Shown: piece after piece, positions 8,750 to 16,040 of the stretch
Position numbering within the stretch: the first letter of the stretch is position 1
Layout: each line of letters starts with the position of its first letter
NCBI GenBank assembly: GCA_905193085.1
Contig: CAJJNI010000001.1
Coordinates: 1 to 45,492, forward strand
Length of the DNA: 45,492 nt
DNA from: an uncultured Lachnospiraceae bacterium
GTDB taxonomy: Bacteria; Bacillota; Clostridia; Lachnospirales; Lachnospiraceae
Direction of reading: 5' to 3'
Notes under the pieces: generated by a model
Told to the model about the DNA's origin: nothing
Databases searched by the model: none
What the model saw: only the letters and a program-made list of their open reading frames with translations
Program-made: the position numbers and the translations under genes

Positions 8750-9163
8750 ATGTCTCTTCTTATGCCTTTATTGATTGGCATTATTACAATGATGATGTAT
8801 TTGGGGTTTTATGTTAATGACAGAATGGTTTTAGAAGAGGCTGCTAAAGAGACTGCGGTATACTGTGCTTCAAATTTCCCGGATGACATTGAAAATATAA
8901 ACAAGATAGCGGGACAGAAATTTAATGACAATATTAGTAGAAGATTGTTTTCGGTAAATAACATAAGTTATACCGCTCAGGAAAATAATGACTGCATAAA
9001 TGTAAAAGTAAAAGCAGATTTTATAATTCCTGTGTTTGCTCAATTGAGAAAAGAGTTGTTTGGTTCTGATATTAAAATAGAAGTTGAAGGACAGGGAGTT
9101 GTGACAAGGCCTGTCAGGACAATTTGGAAAACAAAAATAATAGAAAAAATTTTAGATAACTGA
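8750..9163 (+). CDS. TadE-like pseudopilin; true start probably upstream of 8750
   Basis: The frame-2 ORF encodes ..FADAFYTVEMSLLMPLLIGIITMMMYLGFY, a TadE TVE motif plus TM helix. The first in-frame ATG is at 8750, inside the motif. The tracked 8426 start overlaps the peptidase gene and is not credible. Confidence 0.6.
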   Translation: MSLLMPLLIGIITMMMYLGFYVNDRMVLEEAAKETAVYCASNFPDDIENINKIAGQKFNDNISRRLFSVNNISYTAQENNDCINVKVKADFIIPVFAQLRKELFGSDIKIEVEGQGVVTRPVRTIWKTKIIEKILDN

Positions 9164-9177
9164 AAGGGGAGAGTAAG

Positions 9178-10449
9178 GTGAATGCCGAGTATGTAAGAAA
9201 TCTGAATCATAATTATATTAAGGTAAAATCTGAAGATGATTTTTTTGAATATCAATTGCAGATGATTATGAGAAATGAGATAGAGGGTTTATTGAGCTGT
9301 AAGGTTGAGAGAAGTAATAATGAAGTATATTTTTTATATGAAATAAATTCAAAACTGCCATTTGTACAGGTGTTTGAGAGAAAGAAAATGAATATGGAGG
9401 CTTTTAGTGCACTTGTTTTATGTCTGAAAAATGCAGTTGAAAATGCAAGTGAATATTTACTTGATGTAAACAGTATAGTGCTTACTCCTGAATATATTTA
9501 TATGAATCCGGAGACAAAGGAAGTAAGTCTGCTTTATGTTCCGGGAATGTGGAGTGATATAAAGGAAGAATTCAGGGAACTTACAAGGCAGCTGCTTGAA
9601 TGGATAGATTATGATGACGATGCAGTTGTAAAGGCAGCATATCAGTTAAATAACAGTACGGTAGAGGAAAATTATTCATTTGAAGAAATTTTAAATAATA
9701 TATTGTTTAAAGATGATGAGAAATCTGACAGTGAGACAGATAATAAATATGATGATGAAATAAATTATGAAAATACTGAAAAACAATATGAATATAGTAA
9801 CAAACATAGCAAGTCGGAAAATTATATAAATCAACAAGACTCTGGACCTGATAATTATAATTTATATGAAGATGATATTGATGCCGAAGATGAACGCCGG
9901 CAATCTATATTGAAAAAGATAACGACGCCTGTTATACAGGCTGCGGGAAGTTTTTTAAAGAATCTTGAACTGTTTCATAAAGATAATGAAGAATATATTG
10001 ACAATGAAGATGGTGAAGAAGAGTTTTATGAGCAGCCGGCTAAAAAAATTATTAGTTATTCTTCTTATACTCAGAATTACAGAAACTATGATATAGCGGC
10101 TGAAGAAGGAACATATGGAAATACGGTTCTTTTTAAAGAGAATAAGGACAGAGGGAAAATTATTGTTCCGATTAATGCTGATAAATATAATTCATTTGAG
10201 TTAAATATATTTCCTTTTATTATAGGTAAGCTTGTGGAGGCGGTAGATGGAGTTATAGAAGATGACTCTGTAAGCAGAATACATGCAAAAATAGAAAAGA
10301 GTGACGGACAATTTTATTTTGTAGATTTAAATTCTACAAACGGTTCGTTTGTTAATGGACAGAGTGCTCCACCAAACAGCAGAGTAAAACTCAATGTTGG
10401 AGACAGGATACAGTTTGGTCATGTAGAATATAAATTTGAAAATATATAA
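9178..10449 (+). CDS. FHA-domain protein, last gene of the Tad cluster
   Basis: C-terminal FIIGKLVEAVDGVIEDDSVSRIHAKIEKSDGQFYFVDLNSTNGSFVNGQ...GDRIQFG is a canonical FHA signature (G-R/K...S.xH...NGT/S). Acidic, Tyr/Asn-rich linker. GTG start after AAGGGGAGAG. Confidence 0.8.
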   Translation: MNAEYVRNLNHNYIKVKSEDDFFEYQLQMIMRNEIEGLLSCKVERSNNEVYFLYEINSKLPFVQVFERKKMNMEAFSALVLCLKNAVENASEYLLDVNSIVLTPEYIYMNPETKEVSLLYVPGMWSDIKEEFRELTRQLLEWIDYDDDAVVKAAYQLNNSTVEENYSFEEILNNILFKDDEKSDSETDNKYDDEINYENTEKQYEYSNKHSKSENYINQQDSGPDNYNLYEDDIDAEDERRQSILKKITTPVIQAAGSFLKNLELFHKDNEEYIDNEDGEEEFYEQPAKKIISYSSYTQNYRNYDIAAEEGTYGNTVLFKENKDRGKIIVPINADKYNSFELNIFPFIIGKLVEAVDGVIEDDSVSRIHAKIEKSDGQFYFVDLNSTNGSFVNGQSAPPNSRVKLNVGDRIQFGHVEYKFENI

Positions 10450-10517
10450 ATATTAAAATAAAATTATTCCTTAATTATTTCAAAATTGTTATATTTGTTT
10501 ATTTATAATTTGTAAAA

Positions 10518-10526
10518 TGGTATAAT
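10518..10526 (+). promoter_or_regulatory. Extended -10 promoter element (TGgTATAAT) upstream of the dockerin protein gene
   Basis: TGGTATAAT at 10518-10526, about 65 nt upstream of the TTG start. The -35 is weak. Confidence 0.45.
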
Positions 10527-10590
10527 AGGCTATTGGTTAAGGTAAGTTTGTTACAAGATGATTTTTCATAATAAATAGGAGGAATAATTA

Positions 10591-13500
10591 TTGAGAAAAG
10601 AAAAAAATGTTAAGAACAGAGCAATGAGACGTAAAATGTTAAAAAAATCAGGAAAGAAACTTCTGGCTGCGGCACTTAGTGCAGCAATGTTGTCTATGGG
10701 AATTTATCCGGCGGGTTTCCCTGTTAATGTAAGTGCAGAAGAGGCGGTAGCACAGGTGGCAGATGCGGTTGCTTATAAGGCAAAGGTCGATATCAGTAAG
10801 CTTTCACCGATAAATGGTGTTATTACATATGATATTACAGAAGACGGAAATTACTACTTTGAGGGAAGTAATAACTTTAATGAATCCTACATACCTACAA
10901 GTATTATAGTTGCTCCGGGAGTTAAGGCAGGTATTTATTTTGATGGTGTTGATATTGAAAATTATGATGGTGAGATAGCAGGTTGTGGTGGTTCCATGTA
11001 TATAGAGGGGACAACTCCTGTATATATATCAGAATATGCACAGGTTTCATTACATACACTCAATAAATCGACTATTAAGCTGGCAGACAATGCTTCAGCA
11101 ATAGTTGTCAGCAAAAATGCATATTGTGAAATTAATGATGATTTAGAATTAGATGTTGAAACGGATTGTTATTCTACAGGCATAGATGTTGCCGGAACTT
11201 TTGAAATGAATGGAGGAATATTGTATATTGAGGGAGACGGTGGTTCTGTAGGTATAGGTGTTTGTGATATATATGCTACAGAGGATTATTCTGACAGTAA
11301 CATTATTATAAATGATGGAACACTTGATATCTATACGGTGAATGCTCCGGCAATAGGAGTATATGCAGGTTATGAGAGTTCTGCTGATAAAAAATATAAT
11401 TTTGGAAACATTGAGATACATGGTAGTCAGATAGTTGCAAATACGACAGGTGGAGTTTCAACGATTGGAGTACGTGATTATGATTACAGCAAAGTTTACA
11501 GTGAATGCAACGGTATAATTATAGATGGTGGAAATTTAACTTTAGAGCAAAACATTTGGCGTGGTGATGGAAATAAACCGGCTGTTTATCCGGGCAAAGA
11601 AGTTACAGATGGTGCAGTTGTAATAGCGGGTGGAAATATATATAATACTGTATCTGATTTGTATGATGAAAGTTTAAGTTCTGAAATAAAAATAAAAGAC
11701 AGGTTTGGAGGTAATGATGTATCTCGTAAAGTCCTTACATTGTCTGAACAGACAGAGCGTGAAATAATAAATATTACTTCATGCGATGCAGATGGCAATT
11801 CATATTACTATGGAAATAATGATATGAAAACAGATAAGGAAGGAAAATTATATACATATCTTTCAGATGGAATGACAACTGTTCAGGTTGCATTGTCTGA
11901 TAGAAGCATTATGGAAGGAACCGTTTCAGGAGATGCAGCAGAACTTTCCCTGATTGAAGATAAATCAAATGTTCCGGTATTTTCAAAATCACATTATAGT
12001 TTCAATTATAATGATGAATTGACAATTGATACACCAACAGTTGGCGCAGATTGTGATATTTCATATAGCTATGCGGAAAAGAAGACACCTGATGCGGCAC
12101 CTCAGGATAATACACAGTGGACAAAATTATCATCGCTTTCAGATGTTAAATCATTAAAAACGGGTGCATATTGGCTTAAAGCTTCGTCTTCTGATGCTCA
12201 GGCAGGTGGTGTGACTTACAGGGCAGCGGATACAATTGTTTCAGTAAATGTGAAATCGTGTAATAATCATATGTGTGATAACTGGGTTGTTAATGAAGAA
12301 AATGATGCCGTAGAGACAGCAGTATGCTCCATATGTGGAGAGACTGTTTACAGAACACATGATTATTCAGATAAAACAGGAGTATGTAAGAACTGTAAAT
12401 ATAAATGCAGGCATACATCATTAAAGTATGAATATCAGACAGAAAAGTCGCATGAAATCGTATGTCGTGCATGTGGATATTCAGAATCCGTGGAACATAA
12501 CTGGCAGGAGAATCTTGGCACAGTAAAAGAAGCGGGATATACTTTTGCGTATGATGAAGAGAGCTCTTCGTGGATTAGTGATACATCTTGTATTGATAGT
12601 TCTACTGCAAAGACAGTGTGGATATTTGATATGGAACAGGAAGGTACAGTGTCATTTGAGTGGGGTGTGTCCAGTGAAGAAAATTATGACTATTTGAATG
12701 TTTTTCTTGATGAAGATAGCGTTTATGAACAGAAAATAATAGATAAAAAATCTGGTAATGAGTCATCTGGATATATAACTGGTGAGGCTGTAACACCAGA
12801 ATTAACTGCCGGGCAGCATATGCTGACAGCGTATTATGTTAAAGATAGTGGCACCAGAGAGGGTTTAGATAAAGCATATATTAAGTTTTCATCTGATTTT
12901 AAATATTCAGAGGTAAAAGGAAATACTAATACTTCAAATTCAGGATTTGAGTATGATGAAGAGAGACAAAGATGGACATGCAATGGTTACCAAGAAGATA
13001 ATGATGGAAACAATAGTAAAAAAATCGGTTTAACTATAACCTGTGAAGAAGACTGTAAATTGCCATTTCATATCGGATTGCCTCAATGTGGTGAAGTTTA
13101 TATGAGTTCAAATAGTTTAGAAAGGTCTTTGAATTCAAATGATGAAATGCTCTGGATTAATTTTAATAAGGGAAATAATAATTTATTCTTTGAATGGTAT
13201 TGGGAACCGGAAGATGCGGAAGCGGCATCTAATGAAGCGTTTTATATAGAATACATTCCGGCAGCTTCACATATATGTGTTGATTGTGGATATTTAGACG
13301 ACCATGAATATTCTTCAGAATGTGATGAGGACTGTAATATTTGCGGACAACTTCGCACACCTTCTGAAACACATAAGTACAGTTCAGATTGTGATACAGT
13401 CTGCAATGATTGTGGTTATCAGAGGAAAGTACAGGCAGAACATCAGTTCGGCGCAGACGGCAAGGCTGATAAATGCGATAATTGCGGTGTTTTGAATATT

Positions 13501-14724
13501 GCGGGTATGAAGTTTGATAATGATAAGCTCAGGCTTATATACAATGCCAAAGAACAGTGTCCGGAAATTGTATTAAAGGATTCAGAGGGAAATGTTATTT
13601 CTTCGGATAAATACAGTGTTGAAATTACATCTGAATCAGCAGTTTCAACAGAAGATGGTTATACATTTACAGTAAGCGGAAATGGTGTAGATGCTGTTGG
13701 AAGCCAGTCTGGAAAATGGAGTATAGAATATCTTTCTACAGATGCAGAAGCAATAGCCGAAGGCACAAAAAAGACTGACAGTGAATGGTTTAACTCAGAT
13801 GTCAAAATTAAAGCACCAACAGGCTATTTAATTGCAAACAGCAATGGCGCTGATGCTGTCTGGACAGATTATCTTGAACAGGATAGACGTAGTGCAGCAA
13901 TTGTTGTAAGTGAAGATGGAAGCACTTATATAACATATTATCTTAAAAATATTTCAACAGGCGGAATCACAGATGCAAAATCTGTTTTAATTAAGAAAGA
14001 TTCATCTGTTACAACATTTGAAGTAAAAACTGCTACAGGAGAAGCAGCAGGTCTTGCGTCAGATGATGACAGTGTCAGAGTAACTTTCTTTGCAGAAGAT
14101 TTACTCAGCGGTATTGATAATGTTAAGTATTCTCTTGATGGTAAAGACGAAGTGAGTGTTGTAAGTGGAGACAGTATACTTATTACAGCACCGGGAGTAC
14201 ATGTGTTGACTGCAACAGCAAGTGATAAGGCAGGAAATATTGCTTCAAGTCAGATACAATTTACAATTTCAGAGAAACCGGACGAGACACCAAACCCAGG
14301 TGAAACACCAAGCCCAGGCGAGACACCAAACCCAGGTGAAACAGAGAAACCAGGCGAAACACCAAACCCAGGTGAAACAGAGAAACCAGGCGAAACACCA
14401 AACCCAGGTGAAACAGAGAAACCAGGCGAAACACCAAACCCAGGTGAGACACCAAGCCCAAGTGAAACACCGAAGCCGAGTGAAACTCCAACTCCAAGTG
14501 AAACACCAACCCCAGCTACTCTGGCGGGAGATGTTGACTGTAATAATAAGGTTGATTTAAATGATGCCATAATCGTATTAAAACTTGCATTAGGTATACC
14601 TGTTGAAGTAACAGAACAGGGTAGGGTAAATGCAGATTATGACGAGAATGGAAAGATAAATCTCAGTGATGCTCAATATACGCTCAAAGCAGCTTTGGGA
14701 ATTAAAGTTAATTTATCAAAGTAG
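10591..14724 (+). CDS. Very large secreted multidomain protein with C-terminal type-I-like dockerin
   Basis: Signal peptide (KKLLAAALSAAMLSMG...VSA/EE). Beta-helix-like G/D/I-rich repeats in residues 90-330. Two CxxC-rich clusters, beta-sandwich and Ig-like segments, and a PGETPN/PGETEK linker. Duplicated Ca-binding dockerin segments GDVDCNNKVDLNDAIIVLKLALGI and NADYDENGKINLSDAQYTLKAALGI. TTG start 8 nt after AGGAGG. Confidence 0.85.
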   Translation: MRKEKNVKNRAMRRKMLKKSGKKLLAAALSAAMLSMGIYPAGFPVNVSAEEAVAQVADAVAYKAKVDISKLSPINGVITYDITEDGNYYFEGSNNFNESYIPTSIIVAPGVKAGIYFDGVDIENYDGEIAGCGGSMYIEGTTPVYISEYAQVSLHTLNKSTIKLADNASAIVVSKNAYCEINDDLELDVETDCYSTGIDVAGTFEMNGGILYIEGDGGSVGIGVCDIYATEDYSDSNIIINDGTLDIYTVNAPAIGVYAGYESSADKKYNFGNIEIHGSQIVANTTGGVSTIGVRDYDYSKVYSECNGIIIDGGNLTLEQNIWRGDGNKPAVYPGKEVTDGAVVIAGGNIYNTVSDLYDESLSSEIKIKDRFGGNDVSRKVLTLSEQTEREIINITSCDADGNSYYYGNNDMKTDKEGKLYTYLSDGMTTVQVALSDRSIMEGTVSGDAAELSLIEDKSNVPVFSKSHYSFNYNDELTIDTPTVGADCDISYSYAEKKTPDAAPQDNTQWTKLSSLSDVKSLKTGAYWLKASSSDAQAGGVTYRAADTIVSVNVKSCNNHMCDNWVVNEENDAVETAVCSICGETVYRTHDYSDKTGVCKNCKYKCRHTSLKYEYQTEKSHEIVCRACGYSESVEHNWQENLGTVKEAGYTFAYDEESSSWISDTSCIDSSTAKTVWIFDMEQEGTVSFEWGVSSEENYDYLNVFLDEDSVYEQKIIDKKSGNESSGYITGEAVTPELTAGQHMLTAYYVKDSGTREGLDKAYIKFSSDFKYSEVKGNTNTSNSGFEYDEERQRWTCNGYQEDNDGNNSKKIGLTITCEEDCKLPFHIGLPQCGEVYMSSNSLERSLNSNDEMLWINFNKGNNNLFFEWYWEPEDAEAASNEAFYIEYIPAASHICVDCGYLDDHEYSSECDEDCNICGQLRTPSETHKYSSDCDTVCNDCGYQRKVQAEHQFGADGKADKCDNCGVLNIAGMKFDNDKLRLIYNAKEQCPEIVLKDSEGNVISSDKYSVEITSESAVSTEDGYTFTVSGNGVDAVGSQSGKWSIEYLSTDAEAIAEGTKKTDSEWFNSDVKIKAPTGYLIANSNGADAVWTDYLEQDRRSAAIVVSEDGSTYITYYLKNISTGGITDAKSVLIKKDSSVTTFEVKTATGEAAGLASDDDSVRVTFFAEDLLSGIDNVKYSLDGKDEVSVVSGDSILITAPGVHVLTATASDKAGNIASSQIQFTISEKPDETPNPGETPSPGETPNPGETEKPGETPNPGETEKPGETPNPGETEKPGETPNPGETPSPSETPKPSETPTPSETPTPATLAGDVDCNNKVDLNDAIIVLKLALGIPVEVTEQGRVNADYDENGKINLSDAQYTLKAALGIKVNLSK
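14284..14513 (+). repeat. In-frame tandem repeat encoding the Pro/Thr/Glu linker
   Basis: Three perfect 36-bp units (14332..14367, 14368..14403, 14404..14439: CCAGGTGAAACAGAGAAACCAGGCGAAACACCAAAC) sit inside a degenerate 18-bp periodicity. Confidence 0.9.
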
Positions 14725-14778
14725 TTTTAAAATTTAATATAATATTATATAAAGATGTCTGGGGCAAAAGTCCCCAAT

Positions 14779-14950
14779 TATGATGCCTACGGATTGCTCC
14801 GCACTATGTGCTCCCGCACCTCTACCCAATATTCGCATATCGTGGGATTAACATCCCACTTTTATGCTCATATCGGGGCGGGTCACAAAGTCTTTCACCC
14901 ACCTATGAGCAAGCTCATGTGGGTTTAGACCTTTTGACCCTGGCATCATA
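14779..14950 (+). ncRNA. Candidate structured element of about 172 nt: 6S-like rod-shaped sRNA or MITE-like repeat; identity unresolved
   Basis: Clearly GC-richer than its flanks. TATGATGCC (14779-87) pairs with GGCATCATA (14942-50). CCCGC (14813-17) pairs with GCGGG (14878-82). GCATA (14835-39) pairs with TATGC (14863-67). Apical hairpin GTGGGAT-TAAC-ATCCCAC (14842-59). A 28-nt side hairpin lies at 14897-14924 in the 3' strand of a large internal loop. The last 54 nt are repeated at 1..54. Confidence 0.35.
14897..14950 (+). repeat. Right copy of the 54-bp perfect direct repeat
   Basis: Identical to 1..54. Confidence 0.9.
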
Positions 14951-14964
14951 TAAAATCTAAATGT

Positions 14965-15000
14965 ATACACCAGCCTGTGTTTATATGGCTGGTGTATTTA
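14965..15000 (+). terminator. Rho-independent terminator-like hairpin downstream of the dockerin gene and structured element
   Basis: Perfect 11-bp stem ATACACCAGCC (14965-75) / GGCTGGTGTAT (14987-97), 11-nt loop, followed by TTTA. It lies inside the N-terminus of the tracked ORF 14961.., arguing against that start. Confidence 0.6.
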
Positions 15001-15029
15001 CTAATATGATGAAAGAGAGGTCAATGCCT

Positions 15030-15938
15030 ATGGTGGATAGGAGTTATCCTGATAAAACATCAGTAAATATTTGTTTTACATGTAATCAGAAATATATTCC
15101 ACATTGTGAGACTGCAATATATTCCTTGCTTTGTAATGCATCAGAAGAGCGGTATTATGATATACTTATCCTTCATAAAGATATTAACAGTCGTTGGCAG
15201 GACAGGGTGAAACAGCTTGAAATGCTTTTGCCTCATGCAACTATCCGTTTTGTTCATATTAAAGAACCATATCTTATAAAAAAATATAAGACGCCCGGGT
15301 ATCTGTCAATTGAATCAACATACCGTCTGTTGTTGTTATCACCAGATTATGGTCAGTATGACAGAATGATATATATGGATAGTGATGTTATAGTAGAGGG
15401 GGATATTTCAGAACTCTTTGATTTGGATTTACAGTCAAATGCAATTGGAGCAATGGAATGTCTTGTAAGCCGGTATGATTCTTATTTAAAGCGTGCATTA
15501 TTTGCAGATAATAAGCCATACAATATTGATGCCTATAAGAGAAATGTACTTAAATTAAGATTTCCAGATAAATATTTTCACAGTGGTGTGATTTTGTTTG
15601 ATTTAAATAAAGCAAGACAGATTGCTGATGAGCAGCGGCTTATTGAAATACTCACAACCCATTATTATCAGGGTGGAGATAAGGAAACACTTAATATTGC
15701 TTTTAATGAGTCAGTATATTTAATAGAACCAAAATGGAATTATCTTAATGCATTAGAACTTCTGAAAAATAATAAAGATAAAAATGTATCAGATATGTAC
15801 AGTGATATATCAGATGAGAAAGCAATAATACATTATGTTGGAGTGGCTAAACCGTGGGATACAGAAGTAGTTTTAGGAGAACATTACAATAAGTATCGAA
15901 AATTATGTGATGAATATATCCGGACTAAGAAAATTTAA
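15030..15938 (+). CDS. Family 8 glycosyltransferase (LPS galactosyl/glucosyltransferase-like, GspA-like)
   Basis: YMDSDVIVEGD (DxD motif) and FHSGVILFDL are typical GT8 motifs. The ATG at 15030 is chosen because it lies 9 nt after AAGAGAGG; ATGs at 15006 and 15024 are alternatives. Confidence 0.75.
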   Translation: MVDRSYPDKTSVNICFTCNQKYIPHCETAIYSLLCNASEERYYDILILHKDINSRWQDRVKQLEMLLPHATIRFVHIKEPYLIKKYKTPGYLSIESTYRLLLLSPDYGQYDRMIYMDSDVIVEGDISELFDLDLQSNAIGAMECLVSRYDSYLKRALFADNKPYNIDAYKRNVLKLRFPDKYFHSGVILFDLNKARQIADEQRLIEILTTHYYQGGDKETLNIAFNESVYLIEPKWNYLNALELLKNNKDKNVSDMYSDISDEKAIIHYVGVAKPWDTEVVLGEHYNKYRKLCDEYIRTKKI

Positions 15939-15942
15939 AATT

Positions 15943-15984
15943 AACAGCTCCATCTACTACTATAAAATAATATATGGAGCTGTT
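15943..15984. terminator. Hairpin between convergent genes (GT8 and porB), probably a bidirectional terminator
   Basis: Perfect 11-bp stem AACAGCTCCAT / ATGGAGCTGTT with a 20-nt loop and T-rich flanks on both strands. Confidence 0.55.
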
Positions 15985-16040
15985 GTAATATGTATTATTT
16001 AGTTGTCTGTTAATTATATAAATTTATAATCTGTTGTTTT

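Noticed and set aside
14222-14570. Tracked ORFs 14222..14560 (+), 14250..14570 (-) and 14261..14509 (-) with repetitive Q/K/H-rich or G/V/S-rich translations
   Set aside because: They are alternative frames and the antisense of the tandem-repeat linker inside the 1377-aa gene. Repeats keep all frames open. There are no start or RBS signals.
55-14896. Classical integrative genomic island or prophage remnant bounded by att repeats
   Set aside because: There is no integrase, recombinase, transposase or phage gene inside, and no tRNA or tmRNA target. The repeat more likely reflects two copies of a small structured element, as reported in the findings.
14757-14950. tRNA, tmRNA, RNase P RNA, SRP RNA or T-box identity for the structured element
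   Set aside because: No cloverleaf or T-loop GTTCRANYC, no tag-peptide reading frame with a tRNA-like end, no GGAAAGTCCGG-type P4 sequence, no SRP domain IV motif and no T-box AGGGTGGNACCGCG sequence could be found by eye.
14961-15029. N-terminal extension of the GT8 ORF (MYTPACVYMAGVFTN..)
   Set aside because: This stretch is the 11-bp-stem terminator hairpin. The RBS AAGAGAGG lies downstream of it, so the real start is at 15006-15030.
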